64,000 bases of DNA from Truepera sp. (GTDB taxonomy: Bacteria > Deinococcota > Deinococci > Deinococcales > Trueperaceae): NCBI GenBank assembly GCA_965218435.1, contig CBDCKW010000009.1, forward strand, positions 3,648,001 through 3,712,000, in the 5' to 3' direction. Every line of letters begins with the position of its first letter. Position 1 is the first letter of the stretch. The notes under the pieces were generated by a model. That model did no database searches and was not told the origin of the DNA. It saw only the letters and a program-made list of their open reading frames with translations. Positions 1-10,039 of the stretch are shown here, one piece after another. The translations under genes were made by a program, and so were the position numbers.

Positions 1-2
1 GA

Positions 3-83
3 GTTGTCACGGGGGACGTTATGACAAGAAACACAGAAGTAGAACTGCTGACAGGCGGGAGGAAAACCGATGCTCCCGACTGA
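3..83 (+). CDS. 3' end of an upstream gene, possibly an XPB/Rad25-like helicase (partial)
   Basis: Frame 3 is open from the window edge to TGA 81-83, overlapping the DUF790 start. Helicase identity is inferred only from the usual helicase-DUF790 pairing. Confidence 0.3.
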   Translation, partial: VVTGDVMTRNTEVELLTGGRKTDAPD

Positions 84-1284
84 ACTGCTGATGTTTCGTT
101 ATAACGGCGAAGAGTTGGTCCCCAAACGTCTGAAACACGACAAGACGACGTTGACAACCGCGCAAGACATTATCGGACTTTTCGACCGGCACCGGGGGCA
201 GCGGCGCGGCGAGTTGGACGAGCAGTTGGGGGTACTCGAGGGTGAAGCCACCGACTACCGCACGAAACGGGGCCTGGCGCATCTTTTACGGAGCGGGTTC
301 AGCACCTTTGAAACCGTGAGCCCCGTAGAGCCGCCCCTCCTCCGTGAACGCGTTTTTTCCCTCGCCGCTGCCGGTTTGCCGAGCCCGCAAGCTGCCAAGG
401 TGACCCTTGAACGCGCCGCTGCCGCCCTCAGCACCGAACTCGGGCGTGAAGTTCACCCGGAAGAGGTCACGCGCGGGCTCTACGCCGACCTTGCTGAAAA
501 CCAGCGCCTCACAGCGTTTGAGCCGCCCGACCCGAAAGCTTTGGTAGACCGCTACAACCTCTCACAAGTACAGGGCGTCTTGTACCGCGCTCAGCGTGTC
601 GTCATCAACGCGCACCGCAACGACCCCGGCGAATACAAGCTTTTGTTTCGTTACCTCAAACTGTTCGGCCTGATGAGCTATATCGAAGGGGACGCTGACC
701 ACGGCTTTACTATCACCGTAGACGGCCCTGCGAGTCTTTTTCAGGGGAGCCCGCGTTACGGTTTGGCGCTCGCTAAGCTGTTACCCGCGCTGTTACACGT
801 GACGCGCTGGAGTTTGGAAGCCGACCTCGTCCCCCGCACTTTATATGACGGCACCACGACGCCCGCGCGGTTTACCCTCGAGTCGGATTGCGGTTTGGTC
901 TCGCACTATCCACCCGGTAAAACGTATGACAGCATGCTCGAGGCGTCGTTTGCCGAGCGTTGGAGCAAGGCAAAAACTGAGTGGCAGCTCGAGCGCGAAG
1001 TAGACTTGGTGAGCATCCCCGGCTCCGTGATGGTTCCCGATTTTCGCCTGGTTCACCCCGACGGGCGCTCGTTTCTCTTGGAGATTGTCGGCTACTGGCG
1101 ACCCGAATACCTCAAAAAGAAGTTTGCCCAAGTCAAAAAAGCTCTGCGCGATGACCTCATTTTGGCGGTCTCCGAAAAGCTCAATCTGGGCGGCGCAGGG
1201 ATTAAGCTAGACGACATCCCGGCGAAAATCGTCTGGTTTAAGGACAAGCTCATTCCCAAGTCGGTGTTGTCGCTGCTGCCTTAG
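70..1284 (+). CDS. DUF790 family protein (Bax1-like PD-(D/E)XK nuclease)
   Basis: 404 aa; DGPASLF..YG and DSMLE..FA motifs; C-terminal PDF...LEIVGYWRPEYL nuclease motif. Confidence 0.85.
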   Translation: MLPTELLMFRYNGEELVPKRLKHDKTTLTTAQDIIGLFDRHRGQRRGELDEQLGVLEGEATDYRTKRGLAHLLRSGFSTFETVSPVEPPLLRERVFSLAAAGLPSPQAAKVTLERAAAALSTELGREVHPEEVTRGLYADLAENQRLTAFEPPDPKALVDRYNLSQVQGVLYRAQRVVINAHRNDPGEYKLLFRYLKLFGLMSYIEGDADHGFTITVDGPASLFQGSPRYGLALAKLLPALLHVTRWSLEADLVPRTLYDGTTTPARFTLESDCGLVSHYPPGKTYDSMLEASFAERWSKAKTEWQLEREVDLVSIPGSVMVPDFRLVHPDGRSFLLEIVGYWRPEYLKKKFAQVKKALRDDLILAVSEKLNLGGAGIKLDDIPAKIVWFKDKLIPKSVLSLLP

Positions 1285-1292
1285 CAGCAGCT

Positions 1293-3134
1293 TTGGTAAG
1301 CTATTGGGAAACAACTACCCGTGCCCTTCGTATCATGACAATCATGTCTCCATTTACCTACTCTGATTCAGAGCTCCAAGAACTAAAAATAGATGTCGGA
1401 ATACCTATTGAAGAAATTGGAGACTTCATCATCCACTTTGGACGCGCAGGTGAAAAGTGGAGAATTTCAAATGATCTGAAAAGGTCCCATCTCTACGACG
1501 TTCTAGCCGGACTTGTTTTTATGTCTTGGTTTCCTGACCAAACGGAGGTTTTTGGGCCTCTAGAGAAACTAAAAGAATACAGATTCCTCAATAATGGTTT
1601 GTTAGAGGATTCTGATGCGGATATGTTGAGGGGAGTCTTGAGGCATGTCAGCAGTCCTGCACTAAAGGCTCGAATCGGTGATGCTTTATGGAGTTTCAAG
1701 AAAGACCATAAGAGTGCTAGGACTGCGATTTCGTCGTATATGGACTATGCCAAATTGACCGATGACCTTGAACACTGGCGTGAACCAGTTCATGCATTAA
1801 CACGAGCCCTCGCTGTGGCAAAAAGTCTGGGTAGAAATGCGCCAGAAATCAATGAAGTCTTAGAGTACATCCAAGAGTGCGTAATTAGAGCGAATGCTCA
1901 AGACCCCTACTTTTATTCCAACCGACTTATCCGGCTGCTAACTGACAACGAGTATGGCGACTTGAATCAGCTTGGCAGTTTTGCCGAAAGGCTTGCGGTC
2001 AACGAAGAAAACAAGCTTGAACCAGCATGTGAACGAGCACAGCAACATTGGCAGTTGGCTTCGGACTGCTATCGCAACCTTGGGGATAAAGATAGAGAGC
2101 GTCAAGCAATAATCAACAGTGCAGAGACATGGGTAAAGGTGGCAGAGGTTGAGCTTCAACACCCTACACTAGCTCGTTTTCAAATCTCGGCTAAGTATGA
2201 GAGAGCAATCCACATTCTTCGAACTCTTCCAGATACTCAAGGTCGTGTAAACGAATTACGCCAAAAACTCCTCGAGGTACAGAGTGAGGCGAGAAAACAG
2301 ATGATCCCCTCAACGATTTCTCTCGAAAACGATCCTGAAGTTTTGAGACTTAGAGAAATGTCTATTAAAGCGGTAGATGAAGGAAACTTTTTTCACGCTC
2401 TTATTGCTCTTGCAAAACTGCATTTCTCTTCATCTCATCAAGATATGCTTGAGCAAGCAAAAGTGGCTCGAGAAAAATACTTGCTTCAAAGGTTATTCCC
2501 TACAAAGGTAGTTGATGCCTTTGGGCGAACTGTTGCTAATCCGCCACAAACTGAAGACGAGCAGCTCTTAGCAGACGTATTTCAGAATCAAAATCTGCTT
2601 CGCCAAAGTATTGTTGGGCTATCCATCGAACCTGCACGACAGGAAGTTGTACATGCCCATGTGTTCAGCATGAACGACTTGGCAATAATTCTTGACGGCA
2701 ATCCACTTATTCCATACGGGCATGAGTACTCAGTTGCAAAGGGCCTATTTGCTGGCTTGCAAGGTGATTTCTTCACGTCTTCACATATGTTAGTCCCACA
2801 ACTAGAAGCCACCTGTAGGCATTTACTTACAGTTCAAGGTGTATTCTCTTCAAAATACTCAAAAGATGGCGTTCAAGACGAAATAAGCCTCAACCGTATG
2901 ATTGAAGAGGAGCAGTATTCTTCGGCAATCTCAGCAGTTCTCGGCCAAGATACAGTGTATGACCTTCGTGGTCTTTTAGTTGATAGATTCGGAGCTAGTT
3001 TCAGGAACAATTTAGCGCACGGTCTTTTGCTTGATTATCAGTTGCAAAGTGCTGACAGTATTTATCTATGGCACATTTCGCTCAACATCTATAGTCGTCC
3101 ACTTATCTCATCAATAGGCAAGAAGAGTAATTAA
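1293..3134 (+). CDS. DUF4209-domain protein (helical N-terminus, C-terminal HEPN-like RxxxxH motif); start may be ATG 1335 or 1344
   Basis: 613 aa, AT-richer than neighbours; C-terminal PQLEATCR...RNNLAHGLL. Confidence 0.7.
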   Translation: MVSYWETTTRALRIMTIMSPFTYSDSELQELKIDVGIPIEEIGDFIIHFGRAGEKWRISNDLKRSHLYDVLAGLVFMSWFPDQTEVFGPLEKLKEYRFLNNGLLEDSDADMLRGVLRHVSSPALKARIGDALWSFKKDHKSARTAISSYMDYAKLTDDLEHWREPVHALTRALAVAKSLGRNAPEINEVLEYIQECVIRANAQDPYFYSNRLIRLLTDNEYGDLNQLGSFAERLAVNEENKLEPACERAQQHWQLASDCYRNLGDKDRERQAIINSAETWVKVAEVELQHPTLARFQISAKYERAIHILRTLPDTQGRVNELRQKLLEVQSEARKQMIPSTISLENDPEVLRLREMSIKAVDEGNFFHALIALAKLHFSSSHQDMLEQAKVAREKYLLQRLFPTKVVDAFGRTVANPPQTEDEQLLADVFQNQNLLRQSIVGLSIEPARQEVVHAHVFSMNDLAIILDGNPLIPYGHEYSVAKGLFAGLQGDFFTSSHMLVPQLEATCRHLLTVQGVFSSKYSKDGVQDEISLNRMIEEEQYSSAISAVLGQDTVYDLRGLLVDRFGASFRNNLAHGLLLDYQLQSADSIYLWHISLNIYSRPLISSIGKKSN

Positions 3135-3201
3135 AAAATCTAAGCCACACCTCGAGCTTGGTTGTCGGCTCGAGCCTTGAACACTCTCTGATCGTGACTA
3201 C

Positions 3202-5034
3202 TTAATCGGCTGCGACCGCTTCCCCGCGAAACTGCTTCCGGTACAGCTCGGCGTAGACGCCGCCCTGCGCTAACAATTGCTCGTGCGTCCCCTGCTGGAC
3301 GGTGCGCCCCTCATCTAAGACGATAATCTGGTCGGCGTTACGCACCGTAGACAAGCGGTGCGCGATGACAAACGTGGTGCGACCCGCCATCAGCACGTCT
3401 AAAGCTTCTTGGACTAAAGATTCGGATTCGGAATCGAGCGAACTCGTCGCTTCGTCCAAGATCAAGATGCGGGGGTCTTTGAGAAGCGCCCGCGCAATCG
3501 CCACGCGTTGGCGCTGCCCACCGGAGAGCTTAATCCCGCGCTCGCCGACGACCGTTTCGTAACCTTCTGGAAACGCACGGATAAAGTCGTGGGCGTTGGC
3601 AGCTGCGGCTGCGGCTTCGACCTCTTCGTCGGCGGCGTCCGGCCGACCGTAACGGATGTTGTCGCGTACCGTCCCGGAAAAAAGCTGCGTCTCTTGCGGG
3701 ACGATGCCGATGTGGGCGCGGAGCTCGAGCTCACTCAGCTCACGCAAATCTACCCCGTCGAGCGTGATGCGTCCGGCGGTCGGATCGTAAAAGCGGGGGA
3801 TGAGTGTCACCAACGTGCTTTTGCCCGCCCCCGAAGGGCCGACGAGCGCGGTGACTTCGCCGGGTTGCGCCGTGAGCGCGATGTGGTGAAGGACAGCCCG
3901 TTTGCCGCGTTTGTCAAGCTCTTCACCGTCTTGAACGCTGCCGTAACGAAACGACACGTCTTCAAACTTGACCAGACCGCGTACCGACGTGAGAGCTTGG
4001 GGCGACGCTGGCGTGGGCAGGTCACTCTTTTCTTCTAACAGTTCAAAAATACGTTTGGACGCGCCCAAAGCCTCTTGAAACTGGCTGTAAAGCCCGGTGA
4101 GCGCACCTACTGCGCCCGCGACGAAGAGGGTATAGAGCAGAAACTGTACCAGCTGGCCGGGAGTCAACCCGCCGCTGTTGACCAGCCGTCCGCCCACGTA
4201 GAGCACCACGCTGATGGCGCTGAACATGGCAAAGATAATCCCTGAGAAAAACGCAGCCCGAAACGCCGCTCGTCTAAGAGCGATGTGGTACGACGCGTTG
4301 ATCAAGCTGCCGTAACGGGCGGCCTCGAGCCCCTCCGCCGTAAACGATTTGACCACCCGTACGCCGACAATCGCCTCTTCTGCGCTCGCGTTCGCCTCGG
4401 CGATGCGGTCTTGAAACTCGGTGCTGATAGCCCGCAGTTTACGCCCGAACGTACGCGCCCCGAACATCACGACCGGCACGACCAAGAGCATCAGTAAGGT
4501 CAGCTGCCAGTTGGTAACAAACAGTAAAACAATACTGCCGACCAAAAGCGCCCCCTGATTGACGAGCTGTGCCAGCGCCTGTGAGACCGCACCCTGCACC
4601 ACCGACGCGTCCGAGGTCAGGCGTGAAGTGATCTCTCCGGTACGGCGCGTTTCAAAAAAGCGAATCGGCAACGCCATCAGGTGGGCGTACAAATCTCGGC
4701 GGAGGTCGGCAACGACGCCTTCGCCAACTTGCGCGATCATATAGGTCCGTAAAAAGTTAAACGCGGCCTGGACTAAAAAGATACCCAGCAAAATGGCGAC
4801 AATTCGGTTGAGGTTTAAGCTGGCCCCTTGTCCCGAAGCGATAAAGGTATCGAAAAAACGCCGGACGACCTGCGGCACCGCGAGAGACAGGAGGCTTGCG
4901 ACTCCTACAGCCACCATCCCGACCACAAGCTGCACACGGTAGGGGCGAGTATAAGCGAACAGTTTACGGAGCTGGCCAAAGTCTGAAAATGATCCTTTGG
5001 TTTCGCCTTTGGAGGAGATAGTACGGCGCATCAT
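3202..5034 (-). CDS. ABC exporter, fused TMD-NBD (MsbA-like)
   Basis: Walker A GPSGAGKST, LSGGQRQR, ILDEATSSLD; about 6 TM helices; ATG 5034 preceded by TAAACT. Confidence 0.9.
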   Translation of the reverse strand: MMRRTISSKGETKGSFSDFGQLRKLFAYTRPYRVQLVVGMVAVGVASLLSLAVPQVVRRFFDTFIASGQGASLNLNRIVAILLGIFLVQAAFNFLRTYMIAQVGEGVVADLRRDLYAHLMALPIRFFETRRTGEITSRLTSDASVVQGAVSQALAQLVNQGALLVGSIVLLFVTNWQLTLLMLLVVPVVMFGARTFGRKLRAISTEFQDRIAEANASAEEAIVGVRVVKSFTAEGLEAARYGSLINASYHIALRRAAFRAAFFSGIIFAMFSAISVVLYVGGRLVNSGGLTPGQLVQFLLYTLFVAGAVGALTGLYSQFQEALGASKRIFELLEEKSDLPTPASPQALTSVRGLVKFEDVSFRYGSVQDGEELDKRGKRAVLHHIALTAQPGEVTALVGPSGAGKSTLVTLIPRFYDPTAGRITLDGVDLRELSELELRAHIGIVPQETQLFSGTVRDNIRYGRPDAADEEVEAAAAAANAHDFIRAFPEGYETVVGERGIKLSGGQRQRVAIARALLKDPRILILDEATSSLDSESESLVQEALDVLMAGRTTFVIAHRLSTVRNADQIIVLDEGRTVQQGTHEQLLAQGGVYAELYRKQFRGEAVAAD

Positions 5035-5144
5035 CGCCCCTAAGTTTACGCCCCTGCGCAAGCGGCTTACGTTGCGGCGGTGCATACCTAAGCTGGCTAA
5101 ACCCAACGTTCAAGCTCATCTTGGTGCAATTGCCCTAACACAAC

Positions 5145-5173
5145 AAAAAAAGAGCGGAGCCGTGCTCCGCCCT
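5145..5173 (-). terminator. Intrinsic terminator after sugar ABC operon
   Basis: GCGGAGC-cgt-GCTCCGC stem with adjacent A-run (U-tract on minus strand). Confidence 0.75.
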
Positions 5174-5195
5174 AAAAGCGTACTGAGAATGTCGC

Positions 5196-6041
5196 TTAGC
5201 CTTTGACCGCCCCGGCCGTAAGGCCGTCAACGATACGAGCCTGAAAGATAAGGACGAGAATCACCAGCGGAATCGAGACGAGCACCGACGCCGCCATAAT
5301 TTCGCCGAACGGTTCTTGCCGCGCAATTCGCCCTGACAGCTGAGCAATGGCGACCGGCACCGTTTGCGACGGTTTGTCAAACGCCGTAAAGGTTAACGCA
5401 AACAGATATTCGTTCCACGCACCGATAAAAGCCAGCAACCCGGTGGTGACGAGTGCGGGCGCGGTCAGCGGCAATAGCACCCGCCAAAACGTCTGCATCA
5501 TGTTAGCCCCGTCAACCTGCGCGGCTTGGAGAAGCGAGTCGGGTAACGTGCGGAAAAAAGCTGTCAAAACCCATACCGTAAAGGGTAAAGAAAAGAGCAG
5601 ATAGGTCAGGATCAGACTCAGCGTCGTCGGCAGGTGGAGAAAGCGGATAACCGCGTAAAGACCTGAAAGAATCGCAATCTGCGGAAACATAGTCATCGAT
5701 AAGATAACGTAGAGCGAAATGTCTTTACCGCGAAAGCGCAGTTTGCCGAGCGCATAAGCGGCGAACGAACCTACGAGGAGCGCCAGCAAGGTAGTCATAC
5801 CGGCAACAATGACGCTGTTAAGTAAACCACGTAAAAAAGCTGGATTACCGAGTACGGCCTGAAAGTTGATCAGTGTGGGGTTGGTCGGCCACAGTGTCGC
5901 TGGGGTTTGAAAAAGCTCCCGCTCAGACTTGAGAGCAGAAACAACTGCCCAGTAAAACGGAAACATTAGATAGATAAAGATAACGACGACGAAAATCCAG
6001 AAGAAAATTCGGCCCCATGGCGACTTTTTAGTTGCGGTCAT
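5196..6041 (-). CDS. Carbohydrate ABC transporter permease (MalG/SugB-like)
   Basis: EAA-loop variant QAAQVDGAN; WNEYLFAL; 6 TM. Confidence 0.9.
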   Translation of the reverse strand: MTATKKSPWGRIFFWIFVVVIFIYLMFPFYWAVVSALKSERELFQTPATLWPTNPTLINFQAVLGNPAFLRGLLNSVIVAGMTTLLALLVGSFAAYALGKLRFRGKDISLYVILSMTMFPQIAILSGLYAVIRFLHLPTTLSLILTYLLFSLPFTVWVLTAFFRTLPDSLLQAAQVDGANMMQTFWRVLLPLTAPALVTTGLLAFIGAWNEYLFALTFTAFDKPSQTVPVAIAQLSGRIARQEPFGEIMAASVLVSIPLVILVLIFQARIVDGLTAGAVKG

Positions 6042-7132
6042 TCTGTGTCCACCCTTAAAAGACGAATGTATAAAAAGGCGAAGGCGAAGAGAACGATAAA
6101 GATGATTACGCTCGTTGCAGAGGAAAAACCCATCTCTCTAGCACTGATCAGCTGGAAATAAGCAAAGCTCGCCATCGATTCCCGACTTTCGCCGTACATA
6201 ATCTGGAACGCGTCGAAGATACGGAGCGAATCGAGCGTACGAAAGACCAAAGCGACGGCGAGCGTCGGGGTAAGTAGCGGCAGCGTCATCGAGAAAAACT
6301 GTTGTATCTTGCTTGCGCCGTCAATTTCAGCAGCTTCGTAAAGGTCGCTGGGGATGGTGGCAAGTCCGGCTAAGAGCAAGAGCGCCATAAACGGGGTAGT
6401 TTTCCAGACTTCCATAGCGATGATGCTAGGGACCTGATACTTTGGGTCACCGGTCCAGTCAACGAACCCGCTACTCAGGCCAAATCGGTTAAAGAGGGCG
6501 TTAAAAAACCCTTTACGGTCAGGGGCCAACATCCATTCCCAGATACGGGTTGAAACGACGGTGATAATCGCCCACGGCACTAACATTGCGGCGCGCATGA
6601 CGCCGCGGCCAAAAAACTTTGCGGCGAGCACCAGAGCAATCGCCATGCCCAAAAGGGCCTCGAGCGCCACTGCGATGACCGCGACAAAGACGGTATCACC
6701 CACAGCGTGAATAAAGTCGGCGTCTGCGGCCCCTAAAACGTAGCGTTTACCGCCGAGGTTAAACTCGGTGAGTTCACCGTAGCGGCGTGGTGAGCGGGGC
6801 AGAATCCGGAAAGGGTTTTGGTACTGTATCTGACCGTTTTCAACAACTGGCTGACCACTGTCGTCAAGTTCGGGCGGCAGCTCGCGGATGGTAAAACTCA
6901 GCAGGTCGCGGTAGTTCGACCAACCGACAAACTCGGTGGTTGCGCCAGGGTCGGCGAAGCGGGCATTGGTAAAGCTCAGATAAAAAACCTGACCTAGCGG
7001 ATAGATTGCCAGCAAAAATAACATAGCAAAGGTAGGGAGAAGGAGCCAAAGTGCGGTGCGCTCTTCTGAGCGGGCCAGCTCCGAAGTGTGCTGAGGAGTT
7101 TTAGTGACCGTAACAGGATTTGCTTGAGCCAC
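6038..7132 (-). CDS. Carbohydrate ABC transporter permease (MalF/SugA-like)
   Basis: YEAAEIDGAS EAA loop; WKTTPFMALLLLAGL; extended periplasmic loop. Confidence 0.9.
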   Translation of the reverse strand: MAQANPVTVTKTPQHTSELARSEERTALWLLLPTFAMLFLLAIYPLGQVFYLSFTNARFADPGATTEFVGWSNYRDLLSFTIRELPPELDDSGQPVVENGQIQYQNPFRILPRSPRRYGELTEFNLGGKRYVLGAADADFIHAVGDTVFVAVIAVALEALLGMAIALVLAAKFFGRGVMRAAMLVPWAIITVVSTRIWEWMLAPDRKGFFNALFNRFGLSSGFVDWTGDPKYQVPSIIAMEVWKTTPFMALLLLAGLATIPSDLYEAAEIDGASKIQQFFSMTLPLLTPTLAVALVFRTLDSLRIFDAFQIMYGESRESMASFAYFQLISAREMGFSSATSVIIFIVLFAFAFLYIRLLRVDTE

Positions 7133-7158
7133 AGTCGTGACCCCTTTCTAAAGAAATC

Positions 7159-7189
7159 TTGCCGGACGCTCACGCTGAGGGTCCGGCAA
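7159..7189 (-). other. Intercistronic stem-loop after the binding-protein gene
   Basis: TTGCCGGAC...GTCCGGCAA inverted repeat between binding-protein and permease genes. Confidence 0.6.
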
Positions 7190-7214
7190 CAATCTAAGAC
7201 ATAGTATAGTGATG

Positions 7215-8540
7215 TTACTTAGTAGCGACCTCTACGCCAGAGTGCGCAGCGGCTTTAAGTCCGGTTAAGTCTTCTAGGTCGATTTCAAGTTCGCCCATCG
7301 CGGTATCGGCGTCGTTGGCACCGGTCAACACGTCATGGACAGCGGTAAAGAACGCTTTTGAAACTTGGGCGTAACGTGGCGCGGTGACCGTCGAAGGACG
7401 GGCGACAGCGTTTTGGAATACCGGCAAGAGGTCGGCAAACCAAGAGACGTTTGAATCGAGTAACTTCTGGTCTTGGTAGACAGCTTCAATTGTCGGCAGT
7501 GCAGCGGTTGCTATCGCGTGCGTAAGTTGCTCGTCATAGGAGGTCATAAAGCGAGCTACATCAACGGCGACGTCGGGGTTTTTGCTGTACTTGTTAACTG
7601 CTAATTGCCAACCGCCCAAGGTCGCAGCGGGGGAACCGTCCTGACCTGCAGGCAAGGTGGTGATACCAACTGAGTCGGCGATGGGGCTGTCGTCAGCGGT
7701 TGCTAAGCTATAGGCGTAGGGCCAGTTACGCATAAAAACGGCGTTCCCGTTTTGGAAAATCTGCCGAGCATCTTCCTCTTGAAAGCCAGTTACCGCTCTT
7801 GGTGAGATGGTACCGACCCAGCCCGCAGCGGCGTCAAGTGCGGCAATGGTTTGGTCGTTATAGACTTCGATCTGACCTTCAGGGCTGATAATGCTGCCGC
7901 CGCCGAACGAAGAAATCCACTCTAAGGCGTCGCAGGTCAGGCCCTCATAGGCGTCGCCCTGCCAAACATAACCGGTAAAGTCAGGGTTGTTGGCCCCTTC
8001 ACCCTCCATAATTTTGGTTGCCATCTCTTGCAACTCGGTCCAGGTTTTCGGCGGGTTGTCGTAGCCGTACTTTTTCAGCAAGTCGGTGCGGTAGTAGAGC
8101 AGACCGGCGTCGGTAAAGTACGGAATCCCAACGAGCTTACCGTCTACCGTATTGTTTTCGACGATAGGTTGGAAGAACGCTTTCATATCGTCGGCAACAC
8201 CGTCGTACTGATTAAAGTCGATAAGGTGCTGTTGCAGGTCACCCGGCCAGATCACGTCAATCTCTAACAGGTCTGCGTCACTCGATTGCGCTTCGAAAAG
8301 CTGCAGATAGAGGGCGTAGCGGTCAGTAGTTGACTCAGGCCCCTGCTGCACGTTGACCGTGACGTTATAGTCTTGGCCATTGATGGTGTGAGGGTTGGCG
8401 CTCTGGTAACGTTGGGCGGCGGCCTTGGAGTACTGGATGGCCTGAGCGGTGTTCCCTGTCAACCACGTTATAGAGACGTTTTTTTGGGCAAACGCCATCC
8501 CTGCAGTTAACAGTGCTGCAGCTACTAAAACCTTCTTCAT
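7215..8540 (-). CDS. Sugar ABC transporter substrate-binding protein (trehalose/maltose-type)
   Basis: Signal peptide; DVIWPG, YYRTDLL, YEGLTCDALEW, FMRNWPYA, TLGGWQL motifs. Confidence 0.88.
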   Translation of the reverse strand: MKKVLVAAALLTAGMAFAQKNVSITWLTGNTAQAIQYSKAAAQRYQSANPHTINGQDYNVTVNVQQGPESTTDRYALYLQLFEAQSSDADLLEIDVIWPGDLQQHLIDFNQYDGVADDMKAFFQPIVENNTVDGKLVGIPYFTDAGLLYYRTDLLKKYGYDNPPKTWTELQEMATKIMEGEGANNPDFTGYVWQGDAYEGLTCDALEWISSFGGGSIISPEGQIEVYNDQTIAALDAAAGWVGTISPRAVTGFQEEDARQIFQNGNAVFMRNWPYAYSLATADDSPIADSVGITTLPAGQDGSPAATLGGWQLAVNKYSKNPDVAVDVARFMTSYDEQLTHAIATAALPTIEAVYQDQKLLDSNVSWFADLLPVFQNAVARPSTVTAPRYAQVSKAFFTAVHDVLTGANDADTAMGELEIDLEDLTGLKAAAHSGVEVATK

Positions 8541-8814
8541 TTTTCACCTCTTTCTTAAATTTCTTTCACGTCAAGACGACTACTGTTTAGGTGTCCTACC
8601 GCACATGTGTTAACGAGGTCCTTAAAGCAAACTAGCCGTTTTGATAAAGAGATTGTAGCAATCTTAAGGCGCAACTGCAAGGCGTTTAGCTTACGGTTTC
8701 TTCATGCTGGACGCTTTTTGTTATTTGTTACAAGAGCTTGTCATATGTAAAAACGCACCCAAAAATTCCACTTTTTTTATTCGCATCGCTGTATTTGCGC
8801 TTTTGGAATCATGT

Positions 8815-8837
8815 AAAACCCCGTCATGGTGACGGGG
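8815..8837 (-). terminator. Terminator-like hairpin downstream of ruvB
   Basis: CCCCGTCA-tgg-TGACGGGG with adjacent AAAA. Confidence 0.65.
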
Positions 8838-8871
8838 CTCTACGTTTTATAGGGGGATGATGCAGCGTCTT

Positions 8872-9939
8872 TTAAGCGGCGTCCTGATCTTCTGCCCTGT
8901 CTTCGTTGTCCTCGGGGTCTTCGTTATCCAGGTCATCTTCAGCTGGGCTGGCTTCGGCAGCAAACAACCCGGACTGCGCAGGTGGGGTGTAGGTGTAGCC
9001 GAGGTGCGTGTAGGCGCGCTCAGTAGCGACGCGGCCCCGTGGAGTACGGCTTAACAGGCCGTTTTGAATCAAGAACGGTTCGTAGACTTCCTCGAGCGTA
9101 TTGCCGTCTTCACCTACTGACGTCGCCAGGGTATTGACGCCGGTCGGCCCCCCGGCAAATTTGGTGATTAAAGCTTCCAAGATCACGCGGTCACGGGCCT
9201 CGAGGCCGAGTTCATCAATGTCGAGTTCATTGAGGGCGCTTTTCGCACGGGCTAGACTCACGGTGTCTTCGCCCGCGACTTCGGCAAAGTCGCGGACGCG
9301 GCGCAAGAGGCGTTTGGCGATACGCATGGTGCCGCGCGCTCGCCGCCCAACCTCTAAGGCGGCGTCGGGGTCAATCTTAAAGCCGAGCAGGTCGGCGTCA
9401 CGTGAGACCCCGGCGGCGAGTTCTTCGGTGGTGTAGTACTCTAAGTGTTCGATAATCCCGAAACGGCTCCGCATCGGGCCGGTAATGAGCCCCGAACGGG
9501 TCGTTGCGCCGACCAGCGTAAAACGTGGCAGATCGAGCCGGATGGTGCGGGCAGCCGGACCTTGACCCAAAATGATGTCTACCTTAAAGTCTTCCATCGC
9601 CGGGTAGAGGTGTTCTTCAGCAACGCGGCCCAGACGGTGAATCTCATCAATAAAGAGCACGTCGCCGTCGTCTAAGGCGTTGGTTAGGATGGCGGCCAAA
9701 TCGCCGGGTTTTTCGATGGCGGGGCCGCTCGTCACGCGGATATTGACCCCGAGTTCGTACGCGACGATATGCGCCAAGGTCGTTTTGCCGAGTCCGGGGG
9801 GGCCGTAGAGCAGCACGTGATCCAGAGCTTCACCACGGTTTTTGGCCGCGCTCAGGTAGACGCCGAGCTTCTCTTTTAACTTTTTTTGCCCCACGTAGTC
9901 GTCTAGCGAGCGTGGGCGCAGCGCACCGTCGAGTTCCAT
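8872..9939 (-). CDS. ruvB: Holliday junction branch migration helicase RuvB
   Basis: [46 protein letters not shown]. Confidence 0.97.
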   Translation of the reverse strand: MELDGALRPRSLDDYVGQKKLKEKLGVYLSAAKNRGEALDHVLLYGPPGLGKTTLAHIVAYELGVNIRVTSGPAIEKPGDLAAILTNALDDGDVLFIDEIHRLGRVAEEHLYPAMEDFKVDIILGQGPAARTIRLDLPRFTLVGATTRSGLITGPMRSRFGIIEHLEYYTTEELAAGVSRDADLLGFKIDPDAALEVGRRARGTMRIAKRLLRRVRDFAEVAGEDTVSLARAKSALNELDIDELGLEARDRVILEALITKFAGGPTGVNTLATSVGEDGNTLEEVYEPFLIQNGLLSRTPRGRVATERAYTHLGYTYTPPAQSGLFAAEASPAEDDLDNEDPEDNEDRAEDQDAA

Positions 9940-10039
9940 TCTTAGTAGCGTAGCACGTACCAGGAGAGTATCAGACCACCTGCCCGACCAAAATATATCG
10001 CGTGTGGGACGGGATTCTTACAGTGTTACGTCGTTTGGC

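Noticed and set aside
8872..8945. Acidic repetitive RuvB tail; also DLxx repeats at the CsoR N-terminus (about 55769-55805)
   Set aside because: Low-complexity terminal extensions with no further structure.
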